63,060 nt of DNA, filler included, from Dugesia japonica (GCA_001938525.1; 6 parts of 6 records of this genome joined end to end with filler, not necessarily neighbours in it); one strand, 5' to 3'. Numbered from the whole stretch's first letter, positions 53,214-63,060 are shown. The notes: generated by a model not told the origin, from the sequence alone. Translations and numbers: made by a program.

Positions 53214-53248
53214 GATTCCTGACGAAGACGAGGTCGAAATATCGAATT
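53214..53248 (+). ncRNA. Minimal type I hammerhead ribozyme
   Basis: GATTC-CTGACGA-A-GAC-gag-GTC-GAAA-TATC-GAATT. Palindromic AUAU stem III; predicted cleavage after AUC at 53243. Confidence 0.75.
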
Positions 53249-53369
53249 ACTATCAAATATCAATAAAAAAAACAAAAAAAAATTTGATCGAAGCCTTTAT
53301 TTTAAATGAATTCTGTAAAATGATCAATGGTTATGTCCAAAAATTATTCTCGCAATAATTGCAATTGTA

Positions 53370-53469
53370 NNNNNNNNNNNNNNNNNNNNNNNNNNNNNNN
53401 NNNNNNNNNNNNNTTAATTAATTAANNNNNNNNNNNNNNNNNNNNNNNNNNNNNNNNNNNNNNNNNNNN
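53370..53469. other. Artificial scaffold spacer
   Basis: N44-TTAATTAATTAA-N44. Confidence 0.95.
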
Positions 53470-53959
53470 TAAGTTTTAAAATATTTGTAAATTTTCTTTA
53501 AGTTACTTAGAATTTTAATAAATTTATATAAAAGTTGAATAATCATACGAAGTTCCATAACCTTTCTTGGATTTCATTAGATTTTTACCAACCATCCAAC
53601 TTGACCATTAAAAAACAAGCATTATGCTCCCGATTTTAAGAATTATATAAAATGTAATGAAATCAGTTGGGATTCGATGATTTCATTAAATGTCCACCGT
53701 TTGTTTTAATTATTATTAAAAATGTATACTTTTCACATAATTTAACTTGTGAAATTTGAATTTATGACTTAAATTATGATTTTATTGTTCCCTTTACGAT
53801 TAACTTGATGACTATTAATTAATGATGAATTAAATATTTGATGATTAGTTTAATAAATACAATTAATTTACTTCAAGTTTAATGTTATCAATTTAAATTT
53901 CATACTTACAAATTTTTTCAGGGATCAACTAAAGTATTTACTTTTTCAATTTATTTAAT

Positions 53960-55559
53960 CAAGGATAAAGATTGATGATTATTAACCATGTTTTTCTTAG
54001 TCAACATAAAATTCTCTATCAAATAAAGACTTTGATGATCAAATTTGAGTTACCTTTTATTTTTTCGAAATTTTATAATCAAATAATTTGATTACAATAA
54101 TATTAGATTACAATTATACATGATAACAACCCATAATAAGTACTTGTTTTTAATTTTATTCCATTAATGATAATTTTTGACGTCTTTTATCCGCATTAAT
54201 ACTGATATTTGAAAACATTTTATTGAATTTTGTGGTCTATCAGTAATAGCATTGTCTTACAGTTCAATAGTGGTGGGTTCAATTCCTATAATTGTTCATT
54301 TATTGTACACTTTGTTTTTCAGATTTTACAAGTCTCCAGTAAAGATTGGCGATTATAAAGGATGATATTTAGAATCAACAAAGAATTCTCTATTCAAAAG
54401 ATACTTTGATGTTTAAATTTGACTTACTTTTTATTATAACTACTATAATATCAATTAGAGTAACCTATAATAAGTACTGGTTTTTAATTTATTTCATCAA
54501 TAATAAGGTTTTATGATTTTTATTCGTATTAATAATGATATTTGAAATATTTTCAATTACTGCATGATCCAGCGGTAATAGCATTTCTTTTACAGTTAAT
54601 CAGTGGTGGTTCGATTACTATGACTATCGACTTATTTTACACTTGTTTTTTTTAAATTTTTTATCTATAACTTTTGGTGATTTTAACCATATCCTTCTTA
54701 CTAAAATAAAATTCTCTATCAGATAGATTAATTTATAATTACATTCCAGTTACCCTTTCCAAAATTCATAATTCCCTCCTGGACTACAAAATTTGAGATT
54801 TTTAACAACAAAACTCTATTTATTTCATTCCAGATAAACTTTGGCGATTTTAGGTTTATATATTTGGAATAAGCAAAGAATTATCTATCTAATAGATATG
54901 ATTATTTCATGTAGAGATGAAAAAATAATTTTTAGAAAAATTTTATTTTTGAGAAATAATTTCCATCGAATTTTCCATCGATTGATGTAAAAATCTCGAT
55001 AAAAAAAATTTTCAAAAATTTTTGAAATTTCGGATGTTCTCCCGGATTTCCATAAAAATTTAATTTAAAAATTTTAAAAATCTGAAAATTTAAACAAAAA
55101 TTCTAAATTTCACCAATTTACCATATAAGTTTAAAATAATTTTTAGAAACTTGAACATTTAAACAAATTCGACTTTTTCACTTAAAAATTACCCAAACTG
55201 ATCAATCTCGAGGACAAATATGGCCAATATTACCTAAACCAGGTAAATAATTGACCAGATTTGACCTCCCCGAAGAAATTCCCAACTAAATACAGTAAAA
55301 ATTAAAAATACTGGATCACTTATGTAATAATCTCGCGACGAAATTAATCTCACACACATAAATTTTGTTCTCGCCTAAATATACATAAAAAATACTGGAT
55401 AACTTACGTAATAATCTCGAGACAAGATTAATTACATTTTGTAATGCACACAAATGTGTGCCACCGCCTATTAACATTAGAAAAATACTGGATCACTTAT
55501 GTAATAATCTGATTACGTAAACGGGGGAGGGTGATTCAGTTTGCTACTATCTTACTACT
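53960..55559. repeat. Polinton-type TIR/subterminal region, right end at 55559
   Basis: Ends ...GGGGGAGGGTGATTCAGTTTGCTACTATCTTACTACT (reverse complement AGTAGTAAGATAGTAG). Contains 3x AAAAATACTGGAT.ACTTA.GTAATAATCT. Homologous to 31-33.2 kb. Confidence 0.65.
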
Positions 55560-55564
55560 TAAGT

Positions 55565-56310
55565 GATATACATTTAGGCTTCATACTTGTCTTTTCGCTA
55601 AACAGGCTATAGTACTTCGGTCTTATGAACACCCATTCTTGATACTTATTCACCTCTTTTTCATCATTAAACTTTCCAATGACGGAATTGAACTTATCGC
55701 TTTAACTTATTACTATAATTCGAAGTATCAAGTAATTCATTAGTATCACTAGTTACAATATGAATTTTTTAGTTTTCTTCTTTTCTGTACTTCTCGAGCT
55801 CAATGTACTATTGCTGCCAGCAAATTGATGGTTCATCCAAATTTGCTCAATTATAGTAAAGACTGGACAATGTAGCTTTTTTGATCTAAACATACTAACT
55901 TTTTATTCATTAAAGCTACTATCAAGTTCTCGTCAATCTTTTTGGATTTCCGGAAGCTAGATTTAGAGGCATATGTTACCAGCTTTTTACTTATATTACA
56001 TAATCGTAAATCTATTCTTTTTATAAGGTTTTCTACGAATTTTATATTCAAACTGTTAATAAACAGTTTGTAGTATTTTTTTATCAAGCTCTGTATTACA
56101 TTCTCCTCTTAATGCAGAGTTTGCTGCAATGTAATCTTCATAGATACGAGCTTGAGTAAACTTTACTGCTCTATGAACCTCTGTAACCTTAACTCTTAAC
56201 CTTATGTATATTTGTATCAGCTTCCAATGCACTACATAATTATCCTTTGCGTAATGTGTTAACATTAGCTTTTTGACTTTACTACCTAGAGATCTTTGGT
56301 GTTCTGCTGC
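55565..56310 (-). pseudogene. Polinton pPolB C-terminal (polymerase) fragment
   Basis: KLMLTHYAKDNYVVHWK..VHRAVKFTQ..YIAANSALR..YYKLFINS..FVEN..KR..LSK..DTSNY..KFNDE..EWVFIRPKYYS; stops and frameshifts. Confidence 0.88.
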
Positions 56311-56556
56311 AGTATATTCGCAAAATAATTTTCAAAAGCATTCAAGTTTTGTAAAAAAAGTTAATTTAATTTTAAAAACAGGTCCTAATTTTATAAACCT
56401 GGTAGCCAATCATAATTATTAAAACGATTATTATTGAATCATATCAATTTTAGCAAACATTAACCAATAGAAACTCACAAATAACAAGTATTTGTGTATT
56501 GCAACTAGTAAATAAGCATAGGTTTACATTATATTAATCACTTTTACAACTCAAAA

Positions 56557-57019
56557 ATGCAAGAAAATCAACTCACTAAAGAAAACGTATCAACAATAAT
56601 TGTGGAACTGGGAAAGGTTAATGATTTCGATTAATGATTTCTGCAATTACAAGATGTTCATTTTGAGGACTACGATTATCTATGACTACAAAGTAATTAT
56701 TTTTTTTATTTTATTTTTTTAAATTAATATTTTATTTTAGAAACCAGTTTCAAAAAAAAAATTCAAATGTAGTTTGCTTTTATCTGGAATTCATAAGAAG
56801 GATAGAAATATAATGGAAGCTATGTTTGCAAGATTAAGCCGACAAATTGAAGTTAGTAGCCTTTATTTAGCCTTTTATATAGCCTTTAAAGAAAGGAATG
56901 AGAACCAATATGCAGACGACAGTCAATGGATGATTCAAGTTGAGATTAAAGTCTTCAAGAAGTCAATTAATTTGGTAGGAGTTTTTTGGAAAAAAATATA
57001 TTGGAAGATGAAGAATTAA
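56557..57019 (+). pseudogene. Two-exon Polinton accessory gene (~133 aa reconstructed)
   Basis: Exon 1 56557-56692, 48-nt GT-AG intron 56693-56740, exon 2 56741-57019. Removing a 13-bp tandem duplication (56629-56641) yields one open frame. CCAAT boxes upstream and AATAAA downstream. Confidence 0.6.
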
Positions 57020-57177
57020 TATAAACTTATTGTAATATATGTTTTAAATGAAGTTGCTGTTATTTAATAAATATTTAATAATGTTGATTTGTTTTTTATT
57101 TAGTAAAAAACATTATTTTTTTTAACTTTCAATTATAAAAAATGTACTAAATTATAAATAAATTAAAGAAAAGCAAG

Positions 57178-57806
57178 ATGGAAAGTTTAAGAAATGATGC
57201 AGTCTATCAAATTGTTGAACCTAGTGGTAGTGGGAAAACATTGTTTGTATGTCAATTATTGAAATCAAATTTATTCAAGTTGAAATTAAAAAACATATAC
57301 TGGCATAGTGGTTCAGATTAGGAGCACGGATTGACTAAATCTGAATTTTGTAATAGTAAAATGAAATTTATAAATGGTTTTGATAAAAATTGGAGCAAAA
57401 TATAAAAACCAGGTGATTTTATTGTTGTTGATGATCTTTACAAGCCGTGAATAAAGAAAAAGATTTCAATAATTTATTCACAAAGATATTGAGGCATCGT
57501 AATGTTAATGTGATATTTTTAACTCAAAATCTATTTCAACAAGGAGGTAGTCATAGAACCCGTAATTTAAACGTACAATATATGGTTCTATTCAAAGATC
57601 CTAGAGACCAGACTGTTGTCGATTTTTATAGAAAAACAAGCATATCCAAATAACAGACCATTTATTATTGAATCATATCAAGATGCAACAGAAAACCACA
57701 TGGATATCTATTTATCGACTTTACACAACAATGTCTAGATGATTATAGAGTGAGAATAGATGTATTCAACCCTAATAGTATCACAGTATATAAACAAAAT
57801 GGGTAA
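57178..57806 (+). pseudogene. Polinton A32/FtsK-like packaging ATPase
   Basis: PSGSGKT (Walker A), FIVVDDL (Walker B), LFTK..RHRNVNVIFLTQNLF..RT.NLNVQYMVLFKDPRD, PHGYLFID; two stops and frameshifts. Confidence 0.92.
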
Positions 57807-57823
57807 ATTTATTATGATAAAAG

Positions 57824-58340
57824 ATGGCAAAATTTAAGAAAATTGTATTTGATTCAATAATTGATGGTGCTGTTGTTAAACAACAAAAAAGCCGGCTTTG
57901 AAAAAAAGAGGAAACAATCGTATAAGAAAAAGTCACATAAGAAACAATACCATAAGAAAACATTTGCAAATAAGAAAAAAACAATTGAAAAAAGTTCAAA
58001 AAGCACAGAAAAGAAACTAAAAAAGATGAATGGAAAATAGATATCATTATAAAAAATTAACTGGTATGTCTTTGTTATTGAAATAAAAAATGAAATTAGG
58101 AAAAAGTATTCCGATTTTACGGCTTTAATTAAATCATCAAAACCAATGAGAATAAGAATTTCGCAATTATATCCACTATATGTTATGAACGATTTACTTA
58201 AGATTATTGTAAATATTGTTCGTGGTAACATAAATGTGAGCGAAGCTAAAAGGAAACATTGAAAACCATGAAAAAACATTACTATCGTTTGTAAATACAA
58301 AAAATAGGAGATTGATGCGGAAAGTAATAAGGGATAATAA
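57824..58340 (+). pseudogene. Lys-rich small Polinton protein downstream of the ATPase
   Basis: Decayed Lys-rich ORF ending ..LLKIIVNIVRGNINVSEAKRKH. This N-x-x-x-G-N-x-x-[LV] pattern resembles the small basic protein that commonly follows Polinton ATPases. The 5' part is duplicated at 39730-40020. Confidence 0.55.
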
Positions 58341-58495
58341 ANNNNNNNNNNNNNNNNNNNNNNNNNNNNNNNNNNNNNNNNNNNNNNNNNNNNNNNNNNN
58401 NNNNNNNNNNTCGCTTTTTGTCAATTTTTAAATAAACAATGGGTGGATTGCAATCATAACCTAATTTGACCTAAACTTTGCATCGAATTGTTGTT

Positions 58496-59540
58496 ATGGG
58501 GAAACTGAAGACAATATGGACATATCCAAAATAACCAACTGGTTTTTTAGGCGTAAACAAATTGATGAAAGCAGCTCTAAAAACGAAAAGAAAGACGAAC
58601 AAGTGGTTATCAGGTCAGCTAGCCATTGTCAGCTAGCCTACACAAACCTATATTGAAAAGATTTCCAACAAGAGCATATAAAACATATGGTATTGATGAT
58701 TTATGGCAAATGGATCTAATGGAGATGATTCCATATTCAAACATTAATAAANGGTACAAGTATATTTTGACATGGATAGATGTATTTAGTAGATTTGCAA
58801 GATCTGTTATAGTTAAATCAAAAATTGCTAATGATATGGAACCCGCAATCAAATCAATATTTAAAAATGGACATCCAGATAATTTACAAACGGATTTCGG
58901 TAAGCAATTTTACAATTCCAAGGTAAAACAGCCTTTAAATCATCTATCCATAAACCATTATAGTGTATTTTCTTAATATAAAGCTGCACATGTAAAGAGA
59001 TTTCATCGTACATTGAGGGATGCATTGAATGAGTTCTTTGTACATATTGGCAATAAGACTTGGATTAATGTTTTGCCGAAACTTATTCATAGTTATAATC
59101 ATTCTGATCATAAGGGATTAAATGGAGCAAGGCTGGTTGATGTAAGTACAAACAATCAATTAAAATTATAGTTATCGCGAAAACATTCAAAAGCAAATAA
59201 AAAACCAAAGTATAAAGTTGGCAATCATGTGAGAATCTCGAAAATATCAGCTTTATCATTTATCAAGAATTTCAATAGTAATTGGAGTGATGAAGTGTTT
59301 CAAATAACAAAAATTAACATTAAACAAAATTCGGCCATGTATCTTATTAAAAATTATGAAGATAATATCGTGCAAGGAAAATTCTATGAGCAAGAATTAC
59401 AAGTCATTTCGCCACAAGAGATATATAAAATAGAAACAATAATCAAATTCAAAGGATCAGGAAAGAATAAGCAATACTATGTAAAGTGGCATGGATACAA
59501 AAAACCAAGCTGGATATTAGCATCACAAATAGTCAATTAA
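58496..59540 (+). pseudogene. Polinton retroviral-like (rve) integrase with C-terminal chromodomain
   Basis: LHKPILKRF, LWQMDL, YKYILTWIDVFSR, LQTDFGKQF, KAAHVKRFHRTL (catalytic E changed to K), YN, KYKVG..VRISK, NWS.EVF, GKFYEQEL, YKIETII..YYVKWHGY..SWI. Stops and a frameshift. Confidence 0.95.
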
Positions 59541-59553
59541 GAAGAAAATTTAG

Positions 59554-60565
59554 ATGAAATCGAGTAATTTCTATACACTTTACCGAATAATAGCTGTTCA
59601 CTTATTCATCCGGAGAATAATGATAGTAAATTCATTGCTGAGCTCCAAAAGACAATTTTATAAGGATGGTCAGTTGGAAGTAGCATTGTTAGATTTTACC
59701 TTTGTATATCAAACATTCCTGTTATATAGCAATTCTAAAATTCAATACATGACATGAAAAACTTTATCAAAAGAAATGCCCGTTACAATTAATCACAAAG
59801 AAAAAGTCTTGAGTGTTAATCAAAATGACCATATTTTATACGTGATAAGATCTGGTTAATTATTCGTTGTGAACATCCATATTTTATCATATTTGAAGAT
59901 GAAAACGCTGCGCGAATATTAGGCTTAACAATATAAGACTAACAAAGAAAAACCTAGATTTCTTCTTGTTTTCTTTAATTCTTTTTAAGATGATTCTCCA
60001 TTAGAAAATGTAAATTTTAAAATAGCTTATTCTAAAGTAGGTTATCATACTATACAGTTCAAAGATGAATTATACATAACAGAAACAGAGCAACTAAGTA
60101 ATGATTTAACAGAAAGCGGTTTTGAACTATTTAATACGATTTTACTCAAAGCAAATAGTCTGTTTTAATTTTCACTAAAAGATGATATCAAAACGGTTAC
60201 ATTCGATAAAGTCTTGGCTTAGAAAAAGAACATTATTCACTTGCAGATATAAAGGATGGTGTGAAATAAAGCGAAAGAAATCCAAAAATAATAAAGTTAC
60301 ATCACCAAATTATATCTACAGTAGTCTTGTTGAACCTATACTTGTAGGAGATGTTAGTGTACCTTTGTTGAAATCAGTATGGATAGAAAAGCGTGAAACT
60401 GTAGTGCAAATAATAGTTGACAATCCAATGTATTTGCCAATTGTAACATCATGTATAAAAAATTTAGAAATCAATATACGCTATGATAACGGAAAATTAA
60501 TCAAGTTTCCAAAAGACTNAAAAACTCATTTAACTTTACATTTTACAAAACAACATTGTACTTGA
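59554..60565 (+). pseudogene. Polinton minor capsid protein (penton)
   Basis: N-terminal FY.LPNNSCS..HPENN..F..L..GQLEVALLD and C-terminal YIYSSLVEPILVGDVSVPLLK..P.YLP..IEINI..G..I.F..LTLHF. Confidence 0.85.
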
Positions 60566-61317
60566 CAATATTTATTTGTTCCTGTTGTAAAAAAAATTTA
60601 TGTCTTTTATTGAAATTAAATCTTATTTATTAAAACTAAGAATAAAAAGAACATAGTACAAAATAAAAACATTTATTTATAAAATATTTGAAATTATTTT
60701 GTGGTTATTTTATTTATTATTATGTTATTAATGCATGTTTTAGTTATTATTTCAAAAATAATCAAAAAACGTAATGTAAAATACCGCAACGTAATATTTC
60801 TGTATTCTTTTATGTTAATTTAAAATATTGCAACGTAAAATTTTCAAAAATACACACATACTTGAATCTGATTAGTTAGACTTGAAAATTCGGGTAAAGG
60901 TTGTTATTCTTTATCGCAATTTAAAATTCATTTTACAAATCAAGTGAACAATTTGAGAGAGATTAAGTAAGCTATTATTGTTTTTATTAACATTTAGTTT
61001 TTTTAGATATATTATGAACGACTATAAACAAAATCGAATAAGGTTTATTTCACCAATGAATGAAATTTGTTATCATTTATTTATTAATTAATTAACTAAT
61101 TAATTAATTATATAATTTAAAAATCAAATATCAGTGAAATGAAACAAGACGAAATACAAACAAGCGGATGATTGTTAATACAGATTCACGTTAGTTTTAT
61201 TTTTGAATTTTACAATGTTTCAAAAAATTTTTATTAATATAATTTTTAATTATGTAATTTTTATTAATATAATTTTTTTATAAGTAAATTTTAATAACAT
61301 TTTTTAAAATAAAAACT

Positions 61318-61450
61318 GATACAAGAAATGTTCTATGCTATATTATTATGAAGAAGAAATTCTCTATACTTTATGTTTTTATGAAAACGTTCTATGCTTT
61401 TATAATTTTGCGGAGAAAAGTTCCCTGCTTTTCATGTTTTATAGCAAAAT
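61318..61450. repeat. Degenerate ~30-bp minisatellite (4-5 units)
   Basis: Recurring GAAA..(G)TTCT(A/C)TGCT..TAT.TT.T units. Confidence 0.5.
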
Positions 61451-61454
61451 TATT

Positions 61455-62306
61455 TCAGGCAATAGAAGAAATGAAACAGGTTAAAATCTGATTTGGGATA
61501 CACGTAGAGTTCAAAATGATAACAACAACTGCTGATGAAGAAGTGGAGTTTAAAACCTGAAGATTATCAAATAGAGCCGTTGCATTAACTGATAACTTGT
61601 TTGAAGATGGAATCAACCAACTAAATGAGAAAATAACAATAAGAAGCGAACTCAGCTCCAGTTGGATGTTGAATCGAATACTGTAAATTAATTTCAAGAT
61701 CACAAAGGTTCCAGATATTTTTCGACTTTCGGGAAAAAGTTATATTCCAACATCAAAAGATCTAGAAAAGAAAAAAGGTATTCTAAGCATCAAGAAAAAT
61801 GATAATTACTTTTTTATTTACAGTATTCTTGCTGTTACCAAAAAAGATCAAGTTGGAGAATTGAATAGAAACCTATCAGTAAAATATAAGAAATACAAAT
61901 CAGAGCTTGTATTCGACGAAGAAGATATGCCGATGAAACTGATTGATATACCAAAGTTTGAAAGGTATAATCTAGGACTATCCATCAATGTCCTATCATG
62001 GAACCAACAATCAGTGAAGGATGAAGAAAATGAAGTAGTAATGAAACATCCAAATGTGGATATAATTCATCTGTCAAAAGTGATAGATGGTGAGAAAATA
62101 TATCTTTTATTACTAGAAAATAACAACAGATTTCATTACATCACAGTAATGAATCTAAATCCTATGATGAACCAGGATAATAAAAAACAAGGTGTTTGCA
62201 TTAAGTCAACATGGTATCCTAACTTTCTCAATGGAGTAGCATCTGAAAAGCATGAAGCGATTTGTGAAAAAATCCAGACAAATACCACCATGTATACGAT
62301 GCCAGG
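61455..62306 (+). pseudogene. Polinton pPolB N-terminal (terminal protein) region, truncated by a hAT insertion
   Basis: SSWMLNRI, GKSYIPT.KDL.KKKGILSIKKNDN, YSILA, PMKLIDIPKFERYN.LSINV, IYLLLL..HYI.V.NL, H...C, YTMP. Confidence 0.85.
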
Positions 62307-62920
62307 TAGTGTTTCTTAAACGGGATTCTGGGATCCTGAGAGTAAAATTGATAGTGGGATATCCCGGGATATAAATAATATATCCCGTGAAACCAATTTT
62401 TTGTTTAATTTAATTGCTTATATTTTTGTGCTTCGCTTTTTTATTTTGCTATTCAATTTTTTACATTTGACAAATAATTTTTTAATTATGTAAGATGTTT
62501 ATTTATAAACATAAACGAGAATGTAGAGTGCATTGCAGATTAAAACTTTGAAAAACAGTTTAGTCATTAATAGCTTATTGAATTTATTTGAAATAATTTT
62601 AAGTTAAATGTATACATTTTAAAGTATCAAAATCGAAATGTAAGTAAGAACATTTTGTAAAAGTCTATTTGTTTTATAATGATATTTGTATTTAATTTAT
62701 CGATTATTTTATTATTTTTCGACTACTAATAGTAGTCTAATACTATAAAAATAGATTTAATTAGTTTTATGTTGCGATGCTAGAGAGATTCCTTGAATTA
62801 AAAACATGTCTATTAAAGGCAGTGATCGATTTAAAAGAATCTCTCGATATTTCCGATGAGGAATATGCAGTAACGAAGACAATAATAAAGTCGCTGCAGC
62901 CAATAAAAATTGGAATAGAA
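62307..62920 (+). mobile_element. hAT (hATm-like) element: left end plus transposase fragment
   Basis: TAGTGTTTCTTAAACGGGATTCTGGGATCC...ATCCCGGGAT terminus. 62771-62920 reads VAMLERFLELKTCLLKAVIDLKESLDISDEEY..IIKSLQPIK, the segment after the RW motif in hAT transposases. Confidence 0.7.
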
Positions 62921-63060
62921 AGATAGAATGTTGGACTAGTCACAAGGAAGGACATATAAGTAAAAACCGTCCAGGTAAGAAACCACCAAAATGTTTCAGT
63001 TGTAGTAAAATTGGTCACATCAGAAGAGTATTTACGGAGATTATATGTGAAATATGTAAG
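62914..63060 (+). pseudogene. Retrotransposon gag zinc-knuckle fragment
   Basis: CWTSHKEGHISKNRP..CFSCSKIGHIRRVF..CEICK: three tandem, partly eroded CCHC knuckles, cut by the window end. Confidence 0.7.

Larger units (their letters stand above)
53104..53312. repeat. 209-bp palindrome of Penelope pLTR sequence with two divergent hammerheads
   Basis: Arms 53104-53203 and 53215-53312 with an 11-nt spacer; abuts an (AAT)n run on the left. Confidence 0.85.

Noticed and set aside
53077-53358. 93-aa ORF
   Set aside because: Spans a microsatellite and the ribozyme palindrome.
40070-55559. One 15.5-kb Polinton from AGTAGT at 40070 to ACTACT at 55559 that captured DNase II
   Set aside because: Tempting size, but the ends are not inverted repeats beyond AGTAGTA, there is no TSD, and two artificial spacers intervene.

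Overview
Very AT-rich eukaryotic (metazoan, probably invertebrate) draft genomic DNA with many N gaps and (AAT)n microsatellites. The style is compatible with a planarian-like genome, but the organism cannot be determined from the window. The window is not one contiguous locus. Five identical 100-bp spacers (N44-TTAATTAATTAA-N44) cut it into six pieces of about 9-12 kb. Host genes seen: the first three exons of a DNase II gene (48506-50704) and a single-exon two-TM protein gene (35805-36467). Most other identifiable sequence is mobile DNA. (1) Polinton/Maverick (adintovirus-like) material: a young, near-open pPolB behind an AGTAGTAGT terminus; a decayed ATPase-small protein-integrase/chromodomain-penton-pPolB cluster containing a reconstructable spliced accessory gene; and several AGT-type termini that abut other Polinton sequence. 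(2) A Penelope-like family, with RT and GIY-YIG remnants and at least five intact-core minimal hammerhead ribozyme motifs showing compensatory base changes, two of them back-to-back in a 209-bp palindrome. (3) Mariner, Tigger/pogo, IS630/Tc1-like, hAT, piggyBac-MITE, Gypsy and LINE remnants. A small GC-rich cassette of two Arg-rich ORFs (42908-43725) remains unexplained. All family calls come from motifs read by eye; no searches were run.
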